Origin: Minisyncoccota bacterium
Lineage (GTDB): Bacteria; Patescibacteriota; Minisyncoccia; Phycocordibacterales; UBA918
NCBI GenBank assembly: GCA_041389025.1
Contig: JAWKSP010000002.1
Location: forward strand, 21,246 to 85,245
Direction of reading: 5' to 3'
Length of the DNA stretch: 64,000 nucleotides
Part shown: in pieces, positions 8,341 to 17,867 of the stretch
Numbering within the stretch: the first letter of the stretch is position 1
Layout of the letters: each line of letters begins with the position of its first letter
Notes under the pieces: generated by a model
What the model was told of the DNA's origin: nothing
Seen by the model: the letters and a program-made list of their open reading frames with translations, nothing else
Databases searched by the model: none
Made by a program: the position numbers and the translations under genes

Positions 8341-9683
8341 GGTTCGGGCGGTTAAGTGAAGCTGAAATAAAATCAGAACGAGCTGGAAAAATCACAGCGG
8401 TGAATGTAGTGTTGGGGCAAACTGTATCGGCTGGTCAAATTATCGCTCAGTTAGAAAATGCGAGCGAGCGAGCTGCTCTTTTGCAAGCTGAGGGTGCTTA
8501 TGAAGCGATTTTAGCTAGTGTGGCACAAAGTGATATTTCTGTTAATGAAGCAGAAATAAGGTTAGATAATGCTAAACAATCTATTCATAACACTGCGCAA
8601 AATTCATATAACACTATAAATAATGTTGTTTTGAGTACACTGGATCAATTTTATTCAAATCCAACTAGTGGTGTAGTTAGTCTACGAATCGGTGGAGTTG
8701 GAAATACTGAATTTCTTAATAGTGAAAGAGTAGCTTTTCGATCTATGCTTGCAGACTGGAAATCTAAAATCATTACCACTGAAAGTGCTGAAGAAGAGCT
8801 TGCTTTTAACCGTGAAATCAAAGCCTATAGTGAGCGAGTATTAACGGTGACAAATATTTTACTACCACTTTTAAGTGACGATCGAAGTGTTAAAGGATAT
8901 TCTGATTCAGAAATAATTGCCTTAAGACAAAGTTTATCAGCAGCTCAAAGCCAGATCACTGCTACTATAAGTCAAATCGATGTTTCATATACTGAACTTA
9001 AAAATGCTAAGGAATCTTTAGAGAAAACTTTGCTTGTGACTAATGGAAATGAAGACACGGTTTCCGCTAGCGACGCACAAGTAAAACAAGCTTTGGGAAG
9101 TTTACGGGCTGTACAAGCAAGTTATGAAAAAACACTCCTTCGCTCTCCATTATATGGAACAATAAATTCACTTGATGTAAAAATAGGTCAGTTTGTTGGT
9201 TCGTTTGAAAAAGTAGCAACAGTAGCCAATAACAACAGCTTAGAAATCGTTTCTTTTGTTAGTGATAAACAATTAGAAAATATTTTGGTTGGTAAAAAAG
9301 TTTTGGTTGATGGTGAGATTGATGGAGTAATAACGGTTATTGCTCCGGCTATTGATAGTGCTACTAAAAAAACAGAGATAAGAATAGCGATTGAAGATCA
9401 AGAGTTGCAAAATGGTAAAACTGTCAGGGTTGCTTTACTGTTGGAAAATGATAAAGAAAAAGAGGATGGAGTCATTACTTTACCACTTACAGCGGTTAAA
9501 TTTATTGGTACAGAAAGTTTTATTTTTACTGTTAAAGACAATATTTTAGAATCAAAGCAAATTAGCCTAGGTGAAGTTCGGGGGGCTTTTGTTGAAGTCT
9601 TATCTGGGCTTGAAAAAGATGAGATTTTTGTATTGGATGTGCGAGGCCGAAGTCTCGGTGAAAAAGTACAAATTTTAAACTAA
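8337..9683 (+). CDS. efflux RND transporter periplasmic adaptor (membrane-fusion protein), body lacking its own membrane anchor
   Basis: AGKITAVNVVLGQTVSAGQIIAQLEN lipoyl-like motif, long coiled-coil hairpin, C-terminal beta domains. Directly upstream of an RND permease. Confidence 0.75.
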   Translation: MRFGRLSEAEIKSERAGKITAVNVVLGQTVSAGQIIAQLENASERAALLQAEGAYEAILASVAQSDISVNEAEIRLDNAKQSIHNTAQNSYNTINNVVLSTLDQFYSNPTSGVVSLRIGGVGNTEFLNSERVAFRSMLADWKSKIITTESAEEELAFNREIKAYSERVLTVTNILLPLLSDDRSVKGYSDSEIIALRQSLSAAQSQITATISQIDVSYTELKNAKESLEKTLLVTNGNEDTVSASDAQVKQALGSLRAVQASYEKTLLRSPLYGTINSLDVKIGQFVGSFEKVATVANNNSLEIVSFVSDKQLENILVGKKVLVDGEIDGVITVIAPAIDSATKKTEIRIAIEDQELQNGKTVRVALLLENDKEKEDGVITLPLTAVKFIGTESFIFTVKDNILESKQISLGEVRGAFVEVLSGLEKDEIFVLDVRGRSLGEKVQILN

Positions 9684-9707
9684 TAGAATAAAGCAGCAAC
9701 TTAATTT

Positions 9708-12700
9708 ATGTGGGAATTTTTTATTAACAACAAGAGATTTAGCTATTTGATAGTGGTGGTTTTACTTTTGTTTGGACTTTATTCAATTTTATCAATTCCT
9801 AAAGAATCCTCTCCTGAAGTGGTGGTGCCAATTGGAATTGTTACCACTATTCTTCCCGGTGCACCGGCTGTAGATATAGAGACACAAATTACTAATGAAT
9901 TAGAACGTGGGTTATCTGGTTCGCTTGAAAACGTAAAAAAAATAACCTCGAGTTCAAGAGAAGGTGTGTCCTCGATAACGGTTGAGTTTGAAGCTGAAGC
10001 TGATTTAGATAAATCAATCGACTCGCTTAAAGACGAAATCGATAGTCTCTTAAATCGTTTGCCAGCTGACGCTGAAAGACCGGTTGTTAGTGAAGTTAAT
10101 TTTGTGGATCAACCAATAATGACTATAGCTGTTTCTGGTGATCGTACAGAAAAAGAGTTATCTGTTTTAGCTGAAGATATAATTGACGAGCTTGAAGGAG
10201 TTTCTGGGGTGTCTAGGGTGGAAAAAAGTGGTGCCAGAGATCAAGAGGTAACAATTTTGGTTGATCAAGAAACTCTGCTTCGTTATGAGTTGTCTGTTAC
10301 TGATGTAGTTCAAGCGATACGTGTCGCTAATGTGAGTTTTCCAATTGGACAAATCGTAACTGATGGTGTTAGTTATAATATAATTTTTGAATCAAATGCG
10401 GACGCAGTAGAACTTTTATCAAATATTCCAATTACCAGTCTTGGTGGCCAGCCGGTCTTAGTGGCTGACGTGGCCGAGGTTGTGGTTGGATTGTCTCCAG
10501 CTATTACTTACTCCCGTCTTAGTGTGAATAATGAGCCGTCTAATATTTCTTTTACTCTAAATGTTTTTAAACAGAGTGGTGGTGATATTACTGGGATTAC
10601 AGATGATGTAGAAGAAAAACTTGATGTTTTAAAGTCTTCGCTTTTAAACGATTTAACTGTCTACACTGTTTATGACGCTGGAGAAGATATAAAGTCAGAT
10701 TTGACTCAACTTACGAGGTCTGGCTTGCAAACCATTCTTTTTGTAATTGTTATTTTGATGTTAGCAATTGGTTGGCGTGAAGGTTTGATAGCCGGCTTAG
10801 CTATCCCTTTGTCTTTCATGATTGGCTTTATTGGTTTGTATTTATCTGGTAATACCATAAATTTTATTAGTTTATTTGCACTTATTTTAGGAATTGGTGT
10901 TTTGGTTGATTCAGGAATTGTGATCGTGGAAGGGATTAATAAAAAAATAAGTCAAAACCCGAATTTAGACAAAACAGAAGCAGCAAGACAAGTAATTCGT
11001 GAATTTTCCTTCCCACTTACTTCCGGTACTTTAACTACTGTTTCAATGTTTGTGGGGTTATTTATTGTATCTGGCGTAACTGGACAGTTTATTGCTAGCA
11101 TTCCTTTTACTCTTATTTTTATTTTATTTGCTTCATTATTGGTGGCTTTAGGATTTTTGCCACTTATTACTTCTAAATTAATTAAAAAAAGAGCAACAAA
11201 TATAGTAGAAGAAAAACAAAAAATCTTATCGCAAAAATTGGAAAATTACTATAAAGAATCATTAACTAAAATTATTAATAGTTCTAAATTGAAGCGACGT
11301 TTTATCAGTTTGATTATTCTCGGTTTTGTTTCAGCTATTGCTTTAATTCCGCTTGGCTTGGTAAAAGTGGTCTTTTTTGAACAGTCTGACATAAATATAG
11401 TTTATATTGAAGTAGAAGAACCAGAAGGAACTATTAAAGAAACCACTGACCTAGCGGTAAGAAAAGTGGAAGAAAAACTTTTTGCTTATCCGGAAATGAT
11501 AGAGTCATACACAACTACAATTGGATCAGGAAATTTATTTGGGAGCGGTGGTCTTAATCCTAAACTTGGAAATATTCAATTAACCTTACGTGACGACCGG
11601 TCGATGAGTAGTTCTGCTTTTATTGATATTTTGCGAACTGATTTACTTGATATTAAGGATGCAAAAATTACAGTTAATCAACCAAGTGACGGTCCTCCGG
11701 TAGGTGCGCCAATTGGAGTAAAATTATATGGTGATGATCTGCGAGTTCTCTCTGATACTGCTAATGAAATAGCACAAACTTTATCTGAAATACCAAATAC
11801 TCGTAATGTAAAAACTAGCGCTAATACTAACACGACAGAGTTTGTGGTAAATCTTGATCAAGAAAAAGCTTCTATTTACGGTTTAAACTCACAGTTAGTC
11901 TCTCAGACTTTACGAGCAGCGGTAAACGGAACCGAAGCGGTTTCCATTACTTCACTTAATGATGATGTTGAAGTTATTGTTCGTTTAAATCTAAATGAAG
12001 AAAGTATTTCTGATCCAGAATTTGCTAATTGGACTACTCTAAATCGCTTAAGTGAACTTGAATTAGCTACACCTGGTGGAGATAGAATTCCAGTATCTGA
12101 AGTGGCAGATATTACCTTGCGTGAATCAAGTACGGTAATTAGTCATGAAAATCAAAAAAGAATTATGTCAGTTTCAGCTGATATAACAAATTCAGGAAAC
12201 GTAATAGAAATTAATCGTCAGTTAAATGAAAAATTAGAAAATGAGATTAATTTACCTGAAGATGTAACTTACAGTTTTGGTGGTGAGACTGAAGAGTCAG
12301 ATCAGGCCTTTAAAGAAATGTTTTTGGCTTTGATTGTTGGAGTGGTGTTGATGATTGGTGTTCTGGTATTCCAGTTTGATTCTTATCGACATACTTTTTA
12401 TGTGTTATCAATTTTGCCATTTTCTTTAATTGGTATTTTATATGGATTGGCTATTACTGGTAGCTCTCTCTCCTTCCCTTCCATTATGGGTTTTATTGCG
12501 CTAACCGGTATTATTGTAAATAACTCAATTCTTTTGATTGATATGATGAATCGAATGCGAAAAGAAAATCCGACTAAATCTATTCATGATGTTGTAATTG
12601 ATTCTTCAACTAGTAGGTTGCGACCAATTCTTTTAACTTCAATTACTACCATTATGGGTATGGTTCCACTCCTCTCTACTGATGAAATTTGGATTCCTTT

Positions 12701-12785
12701 AGCGACAGCGGTAATGTTTGGATTGGCCTTTTCAGTGGTTATTACTTTGTTTTTGGTACCAATTATTTACAGTAAATGGCGGTGA
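9708..12785 (+). CDS. efflux RND transporter permease (AcrB/HAE1-like)
   Basis: 1025 aa, 12-TM architecture with two large periplasmic loops, conserved RND motifs in TM4 and TM10 regions. Confidence 0.9.
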   Translation: MWEFFINNKRFSYLIVVVLLLFGLYSILSIPKESSPEVVVPIGIVTTILPGAPAVDIETQITNELERGLSGSLENVKKITSSSREGVSSITVEFEAEADLDKSIDSLKDEIDSLLNRLPADAERPVVSEVNFVDQPIMTIAVSGDRTEKELSVLAEDIIDELEGVSGVSRVEKSGARDQEVTILVDQETLLRYELSVTDVVQAIRVANVSFPIGQIVTDGVSYNIIFESNADAVELLSNIPITSLGGQPVLVADVAEVVVGLSPAITYSRLSVNNEPSNISFTLNVFKQSGGDITGITDDVEEKLDVLKSSLLNDLTVYTVYDAGEDIKSDLTQLTRSGLQTILFVIVILMLAIGWREGLIAGLAIPLSFMIGFIGLYLSGNTINFISLFALILGIGVLVDSGIVIVEGINKKISQNPNLDKTEAARQVIREFSFPLTSGTLTTVSMFVGLFIVSGVTGQFIASIPFTLIFILFASLLVALGFLPLITSKLIKKRATNIVEEKQKILSQKLENYYKESLTKIINSSKLKRRFISLIILGFVSAIALIPLGLVKVVFFEQSDINIVYIEVEEPEGTIKETTDLAVRKVEEKLFAYPEMIESYTTTIGSGNLFGSGGLNPKLGNIQLTLRDDRSMSSSAFIDILRTDLLDIKDAKITVNQPSDGPPVGAPIGVKLYGDDLRVLSDTANEIAQTLSEIPNTRNVKTSANTNTTEFVVNLDQEKASIYGLNSQLVSQTLRAAVNGTEAVSITSLNDDVEVIVRLNLNEESISDPEFANWTTLNRLSELELATPGGDRIPVSEVADITLRESSTVISHENQKRIMSVSADITNSGNVIEINRQLNEKLENEINLPEDVTYSFGGETEESDQAFKEMFLALIVGVVLMIGVLVFQFDSYRHTFYVLSILPFSLIGILYGLAITGSSLSFPSIMGFIALTGIIVNNSILLIDMMNRMRKENPTKSIHDVVIDSSTSRLRPILLTSITTIMGMVPLLSTDEIWIPLATAVMFGLAFSVVITLFLVPIIYSKWR

Positions 12786-12817
12786 GGTAAGGTCTAAATA
12801 GTTTTAAGTAGTTAAAA

Positions 12818-12845
12818 GCCGGCAGACGAAGTCTGCCGGCTTTTT
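12818..12845. terminator. hairpin GCCGGCAGAC-gaa-GTCTGCCGGC + TTTTT between convergent RND and PiT-like genes
   Basis: 10-bp GC-rich stem read directly, T-run 12841-12845. Confidence 0.7.
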
Positions 12846-12847
12846 AA

Positions 12848-13858
12848 TCATACCCAACCAAAATAATTTGATAAAATACCAGCTATTTGAAATTGGTGTT
12901 GAATAGCTAGAGCTACCGCAATGGAAATTGCTAAACCAAAAAGTAAACGAAGTAAATCTTTTCCAACCAAAGGAAAGACATCAGAAAATTTATAATTTTT
13001 TATCCAAGTAGACATGGCCAACTCACGACCACTTAATAAACCGACAAAAACCCAGGTAGTGGACATTGGTATGCTATTCCACTCTTTAAAAATCAAAAGT
13101 ATCAAGGCGTAAACTAAATCAATAATGGTAGCACTTCTGATATAACGAGTATTTTTCTTCTCTAGAACAATTTGTTGGATTTTTCCACCTTTTTTCCAAA
13201 AAATATAAGCCAGACCTATAACAAATATAGTGAGCACTAAAATAAACTGAAGTAAAGTTAATTCTCTTGGTAAAAATACCGCAACATTAGCGATATCATG
13301 TGAAAGCCAAGTGTACCAAAGAAAACCAGTTGCCAACCATTGGAAAATTCTCCATAATTTTTTTCTGTGTTCTGGCACCGGATTGTTAGCGTTGTCCCAC
13401 TTAAAAATTACAATCCATAATACATAGGCGGTAAGGGCTGCAATACCGTAACCAAGTGCAGACTTGGTTAGTATGCTGGTAAAAACCAAAGAGGAAGCAA
13501 AAGCACTTAGGACCAGTAAGGAAGTAGAAACCGGTATACCAACTCTGGTCAACAAAACTAGCGCCAAAGGCGCTAGTGCGTGATACCATTCTATTTGTAT
13601 AAAAGGTATCTTTTCCAATCTACCTGAAGATATGTCACCACCGCTGGTAAAATAACTTATAGATAAAGTGATTATAAGAATAGTTGAAGCAAAGCCCCAT
13701 AGATAATACCATCTAGTTTTTTGATTGGAGGCTATGAAAGTACCTAAGGTTTGTACGCTATCGTTTGCGATTACTGAATAAGCAGCTAGGAGAAAACCTA
13801 GTATCATCCAGATTATGGCAACATCAATGCCAAACATAATCTGATTATACGGCAACAA
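12848..13858 (-). CDS. putative inorganic phosphate transporter (PiT family-like) membrane protein
   Basis: About 10 TM segments. N-terminal ANDSVQTLGT and second-half SHDIANVAV resemble the duplicated GANDxxNxxGT signature of PiT/PHO4. Divergent, so tentative. Confidence 0.4.
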   Translation of the reverse strand: MLPYNQIMFGIDVAIIWMILGFLLAAYSVIANDSVQTLGTFIASNQKTRWYYLWGFASTILIITLSISYFTSGGDISSGRLEKIPFIQIEWYHALAPLALVLLTRVGIPVSTSLLVLSAFASSLVFTSILTKSALGYGIAALTAYVLWIVIFKWDNANNPVPEHRKKLWRIFQWLATGFLWYTWLSHDIANVAVFLPRELTLLQFILVLTIFVIGLAYIFWKKGGKIQQIVLEKKNTRYIRSATIIDLVYALILLIFKEWNSIPMSTTWVFVGLLSGRELAMSTWIKNYKFSDVFPLVGKDLLRLLFGLAISIAVALAIQHQFQIAGILSNYFGWV

Positions 13859-13908
13859 TTTAAATAAACAACTTTTGCTTGTTGATTTAATTAAATGCTC
13901 GCAATTGC

Positions 13909-15573
13909 TTGTTGTATACTAAACTTATGAATTATTTGGTAGAACTAAAAGAAAATTTTAAAGGTGAAGTTGAAACTTCTGAGAAAGTTTTAGAAAAATA
14001 TAGTGAAGACACTAGTATCTTTAAAATTATTCCCAAAGCAGTGGTTTTTCCAAAAGATATTGATGATCTAAAAAAAATAATACTGTCTGCAAAAAAATAT
14101 AAAGGTCAAATATCTTTAACAGCTAGATCAGCTGGTACTGATATGTCAGGTGGACCTCTAACTAATTCAGTTGTAGTAGATTTTTTACGTTATTTTAATC
14201 ACATAATATATGTTGATCCACAAAAAGCAATAACTGAACCAGGAGTTTTTTATCGTGATTTTGAACCAAAAACCTTAGCTCATGGTTCACTACTTCCCTC
14301 CTACACGGCTAGTCGTGAATTAAACACAGTTGGCGGTATGGTAGCCAACAATTCAGCTGGGGAAAAATCATTAACTTATGGTAAGACAGAACGATACGTT
14401 AAGAAATTAAAGGTAGTTTTGTCTGATGGTAACGAATATGAATTTCAAAAATTATCTCGTCAAGAGTGGGAAGAAAAAAAGCAGTTAGAGTCTTTTGAGG
14501 GTGATATTTACAGAAAGATAAGCACATTAATTGAGAATAATAAAGATTTAATTAACCAACAAAAACCAATTGTAAATAAAAATTCAGCTGGCTATGGTAT
14601 TTGGAATGTTTATAATCAAACTGAGGATACTTTTGATTTAACTCAACTTTTTGTAGGTTCACAAGGAACTTTAGGTTTAATTTCCGAAATAACTTTTTCT
14701 TTAATACCTGTTCGTAACGAATCAAGAATGTTAGTTATTTTTTTGAGAGATAAACACTTTAAGGAATTGGGGCAAATCGTCAATACTATATTACAATTTG
14801 AGCCAGAAAGTTTTGAATCATATGATGACAAAACTTTTGATGTGATGTTAAAAGTTTTTCCTAAGCTTTTTAAAAAGTTAGGTGGTAATCCTTTTAAGTT
14901 AGTTAAAGATTTTTGGCCGGAAATAAAAATGATTTTTACTGGTGGGGTACCAAAATTAGTTTTGATGGCCGAATTTACCGGTTTTACTGAGGAAGAGGTT
15001 GTAAAAGCTGTTAGACGAGCGGAAAATAAGATTAAAAAAGCTTATGATTTACCAACTCATATTACTGCCACTAAAGCTGAAGCTGATAAATACTGGACTA
15101 TCAGACGCGAAAGTTTCAAGCTTTTAAGAGAAAATGTGAAAGATAAACACACTGCTCCGTTTATTGATGATATGTCTGTTAAGCCAGAGTATTTACCAGA
15201 ATTTTTACCAGAGCTTTATAAAATATTGGATGAATACGATCTGACATACACTGTAGCTGGACATGTTGGAGATGGTAACTTTCATATAATACCTTTAATG
15301 GATTTTTCTAGACCTGATTTTGTGAATATTATTAAAGAGCTATCAGATCGAGTTTATACTTTAGTAGCTAAGTATCATGGCTCAACTACCGGTGAGCATA
15401 ATGACGGTTTAATTCGTACTCCTTATTTATATAAAATATTTTCGCCTGAAATGTTAGATATTTTTAATGAAATAAAAAATATTTTTGATCCATATAAACT
15501 CTTTAATCCACATAAAAAAGTTGATCCTGATATGGATTTACTTGTTTCCTCGATTAAAAAGGGTTATAAGTAG
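13909..15573 (+). CDS. FAD-binding oxidoreductase (FAD-linked oxidase, GlcD/PCMH type)
   Basis: ISLTARSAGTDMSGGPLTNSVVVDF (FAD_binding_4-like) and a C-terminal FAD-oxidase domain. The likely true start is the ATG at 13924 (the listed start is TTG). Confidence 0.7.
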   Translation: MLYTKLMNYLVELKENFKGEVETSEKVLEKYSEDTSIFKIIPKAVVFPKDIDDLKKIILSAKKYKGQISLTARSAGTDMSGGPLTNSVVVDFLRYFNHIIYVDPQKAITEPGVFYRDFEPKTLAHGSLLPSYTASRELNTVGGMVANNSAGEKSLTYGKTERYVKKLKVVLSDGNEYEFQKLSRQEWEEKKQLESFEGDIYRKISTLIENNKDLINQQKPIVNKNSAGYGIWNVYNQTEDTFDLTQLFVGSQGTLGLISEITFSLIPVRNESRMLVIFLRDKHFKELGQIVNTILQFEPESFESYDDKTFDVMLKVFPKLFKKLGGNPFKLVKDFWPEIKMIFTGGVPKLVLMAEFTGFTEEEVVKAVRRAENKIKKAYDLPTHITATKAEADKYWTIRRESFKLLRENVKDKHTAPFIDDMSVKPEYLPEFLPELYKILDEYDLTYTVAGHVGDGNFHIIPLMDFSRPDFVNIIKELSDRVYTLVAKYHGSTTGEHNDGLIRTPYLYKIFSPEMLDIFNEIKNIFDPYKLFNPHKKVDPDMDLLVSSIKKGYK

Positions 15574-15658
15574 ATTATTTTTTTATTCTTACTTTATTTT
15601 ACAAAACATAAAACCATCTGTAATATTGTTAAATTAATGGTTTTAAAACATTATTACT

Positions 15659-17008
15659 GTGACTTTTGAACATTTAAAAACAATTTATCGAGATTTTGAT
15701 ATTAGAGGAAAATACCCAGAAGAAATAACTGATGAAGAAGTAAATAAAATCGCTAAGGCGTTAACTAAGCATTTTAAAATTAGGAAAGTAGCAGTTGGTT
15801 ATGATATTAGACCTTCTGCTGATGCTTTAAGAAAAGCCTTGGTCGATGGTTTTGTTGATAGTGGAGTTGATGTCATTAATATCGGTCTTTGTACTACACC
15901 AATGTCTTACTATATGTGTGGCAATAGCGATGTCGATATGACTGTTATGATTACTGCTTCTCATATGCCGTCTGAGTATAATGGTCTTAAAATTACAGTT
16001 GAGGATTCAAAACCAGTCACCGGTGATATACTTCAAATAATCAGAGAAATTGTTGGTACACACACTTTCTCTGAAACTGTTACACGCGGTAGCGTTACCG
16101 ATCACGCCCTACAACCTGAATGGATAGAAAAATTTAAAAAGAGGCACAACTTAACGGGAGCAGGTTTTAGTATTGTGGTTGATCCAGCTAATATGATTGG
16201 AATACTGGAAATTGACACCTTTAAAGCTTTTGAACCTAACATAACAGTCCATACTATATTTGATACATTTGATCATACTTGCCCAAACCATGAGGCAAAT
16301 CCTTTAAAATCAGAAGTCTTAGCTTTTGTTGGAAACGAAGTAAAAAATAAAAAAGCAGATCTAGGTGTTTCCTTTGATGGTGATGCTGATAGGGTCGGTT
16401 TTGTTGATGAGAACGGTGATATTGTACCAAGTGATTTAATTGGGGCTCTCTTGGCAAGACAGGTTTTGGAAGAAAATAAAGAGTCTACAATAGTGTGTGA
16501 TATTCGTTCTTCCAAAGCTTTGACTGAGGAAATAAAAAAGTTGAAAGGTAAAGTCGTAAGAGAAAAGGTCGGTCACACTCACATACGTTCTAGAATGAGA
16601 AAAGAAAATGCTGTTTTAGGTATCGAGCTTTCTGGACACTTTTTCTTTAAAGAGACATTTTTTTCTGAAGGTGGAGCTTTGCCAGCTTTTTTGATTATGG
16701 AATTGATGAAAAAAGAAAATAAAAAACTTAGCGAGCTGGTAGCTGAAGTACGAAAATATTATCAATCAGGTGAGATAAACAGTACTGTAACTAGAGATAT
16801 TGATGCTATTTATTCTGATATCCAAAAAGAATTTCCTGATATGGATGTTAATCGACAAGATGGACTTACCTTAGAATCAGCAGATTGGTGGTGTAACGTA
16901 CGACCTTCGGCCAATGATCCGGTTATGAGGTTAAATTTAGAAGCCAAGAATAAAGAATTAATGGAAGAGAAACGTGATGTAATTTTAGGGATTATTAGGA
17001 GAAGCTAG
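15659..17008 (+). CDS. phosphomannomutase/phosphoglucomutase (alpha-D-phosphohexomutase)
   Basis: Active-site TASHMP, metal-binding FDGDADR, sugar-binding GIELSGHFFF. Confidence 0.85.
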   Translation: MTFEHLKTIYRDFDIRGKYPEEITDEEVNKIAKALTKHFKIRKVAVGYDIRPSADALRKALVDGFVDSGVDVINIGLCTTPMSYYMCGNSDVDMTVMITASHMPSEYNGLKITVEDSKPVTGDILQIIREIVGTHTFSETVTRGSVTDHALQPEWIEKFKKRHNLTGAGFSIVVDPANMIGILEIDTFKAFEPNITVHTIFDTFDHTCPNHEANPLKSEVLAFVGNEVKNKKADLGVSFDGDADRVGFVDENGDIVPSDLIGALLARQVLEENKESTIVCDIRSSKALTEEIKKLKGKVVREKVGHTHIRSRMRKENAVLGIELSGHFFFKETFFSEGGALPAFLIMELMKKENKKLSELVAEVRKYYQSGEINSTVTRDIDAIYSDIQKEFPDMDVNRQDGLTLESADWWCNVRPSANDPVMRLNLEAKNKELMEEKRDVILGIIRRS

Positions 17009-17027
17009 TTTGTAAATAACACCATAA

Positions 17028-17066
17028 AGGGCGCAAAACTTCGTTTTGCGCCCTTTATGGTGTTAT
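17028..17066. terminator. very long hairpin AACACCATAAAGGGCGCAAAAC-ttcg-GTTTTGCGCCCTTTATGGTGTT (bidirectional terminator between the phosphomannomutase/phosphoglucomutase gene and tRNA-Ala)
   Basis: Stem of about 17 bp with a TTCG tetraloop, read directly. Confidence 0.65.
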
Positions 17067-17084
17067 CATCAGGGACTTTATTTA

Positions 17085-17160
17085 TGGTGGACCCTAGCGG
17101 ACTTGAACCGCTCACCTCATCCATGCCATGGATGCGCTCTACCGGATGAGCTAAGGGCCC
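17085..17160 (-). tRNA. tRNA-Ala (anticodon GGC), CCA encoded
   Basis: Minus-strand sequence GGGCCCTTAGCTCATCCGGTAGAGCGCATCCATGGCATGGATGAGGTGAGCGGTTCAAGTCCGCTAGGGTCCACCA folds as a cloverleaf with a G3:U70 Ala identity pair, anticodon loop AUGGCAU and T-arm AGCGG/CCGCT. Confidence 0.85.
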
Positions 17161-17230
17161 CTTTTGCAGTGGCATTTTAGCATATAAAATATTTTTAGGC
17201 TAAAAATCAAAAAACATTTTACCAAATAAA

Positions 17231-17253
17231 GTAAAACCAGCTTTTTTGCTGGT
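17231..17253 (-). terminator. hairpin ACCAGC-aaaaaa-GCTGGT followed by TTTTAC on the minus strand (after tRNA-Ala TGC)
   Basis: Read directly. Confidence 0.5.
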
Positions 17254-17263
17254 CTTACTTCAT

Positions 17264-17340
17264 TGGTGGACCCGAGAGGATTCGAACCCCCGGCCTCCTC
17301 AGTGCAAATGAGGCGCTCTAGCCAACTGAGCTACGGGCCC
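17264..17340 (-). tRNA. tRNA-Ala (anticodon TGC), CCA encoded
   Basis: GGGCCCGTAGCTCAGTTGGCTAGAGCGCCTCATTTGCACTGAGGAGGCCGGGGGTTCGAATCCTCTCGGGTCCACCA. G3:U70 pair, anticodon loop UUUGCAC. T-stem needs two G-U pairs. Confidence 0.8.
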
Positions 17341-17389
17341 AATTAAAGGGCGTAAGTATAATATTGGCTTTCAATAATAAAGTCAATAG

Positions 17390-17860
17390 TTAATCAGCAT
17401 TTCTTGTGGTTAAAAACCACGGAGTATTAGGATCAACTGACTGTATGGTACTTCCAATAGCTAAACCAGTATCTGACCATTTTACAAACGAAGCAATTTC
17501 ATTTTCCATTGTTAAGGTATTACCATCTAACAAGGCTTGTCTTTTTGCTGAAGAGTCAACATCGTATATATAAGCTGTACAATTACCAATACTTCCTTGC
17601 ATTTCTTCACATAAAAATACAAATTTTTCATCGTTTGATGGGATAGACATTTTTTGGCTGTGATTTAGTTTGTTGACGGTAGTTGGTGATGAGACGTATA
17701 AGTGCTCGGTGTTAGGTGATGAGTCTGTTAATAAAATAAAACCTGTAACAAAACCTATTACATACGACGTAACTATAATTGCTACTCTTTCATGTCTAGT
17801 TCCTTCCATATTTTTATTATTATACTTGATAAATTTTATAAATAATCGACTTTTCCTCAA
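17390..17860 (-). CDS. hypothetical membrane-anchored protein
   Basis: 156-aa ORF. One TM helix (VAIIVTSYVIGFVTGFILL). No known motif. Confidence 0.5.
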   Translation of the reverse strand: MRKSRLFIKFIKYNNKNMEGTRHERVAIIVTSYVIGFVTGFILLTDSSPNTEHLYVSSPTTVNKLNHSQKMSIPSNDEKFVFLCEEMQGSIGNCTAYIYDVDSSAKRQALLDGNTLTMENEIASFVKWSDTGLAIGSTIQSVDPNTPWFLTTRNAD

Positions 17861-17867
17861 CTTAGTA

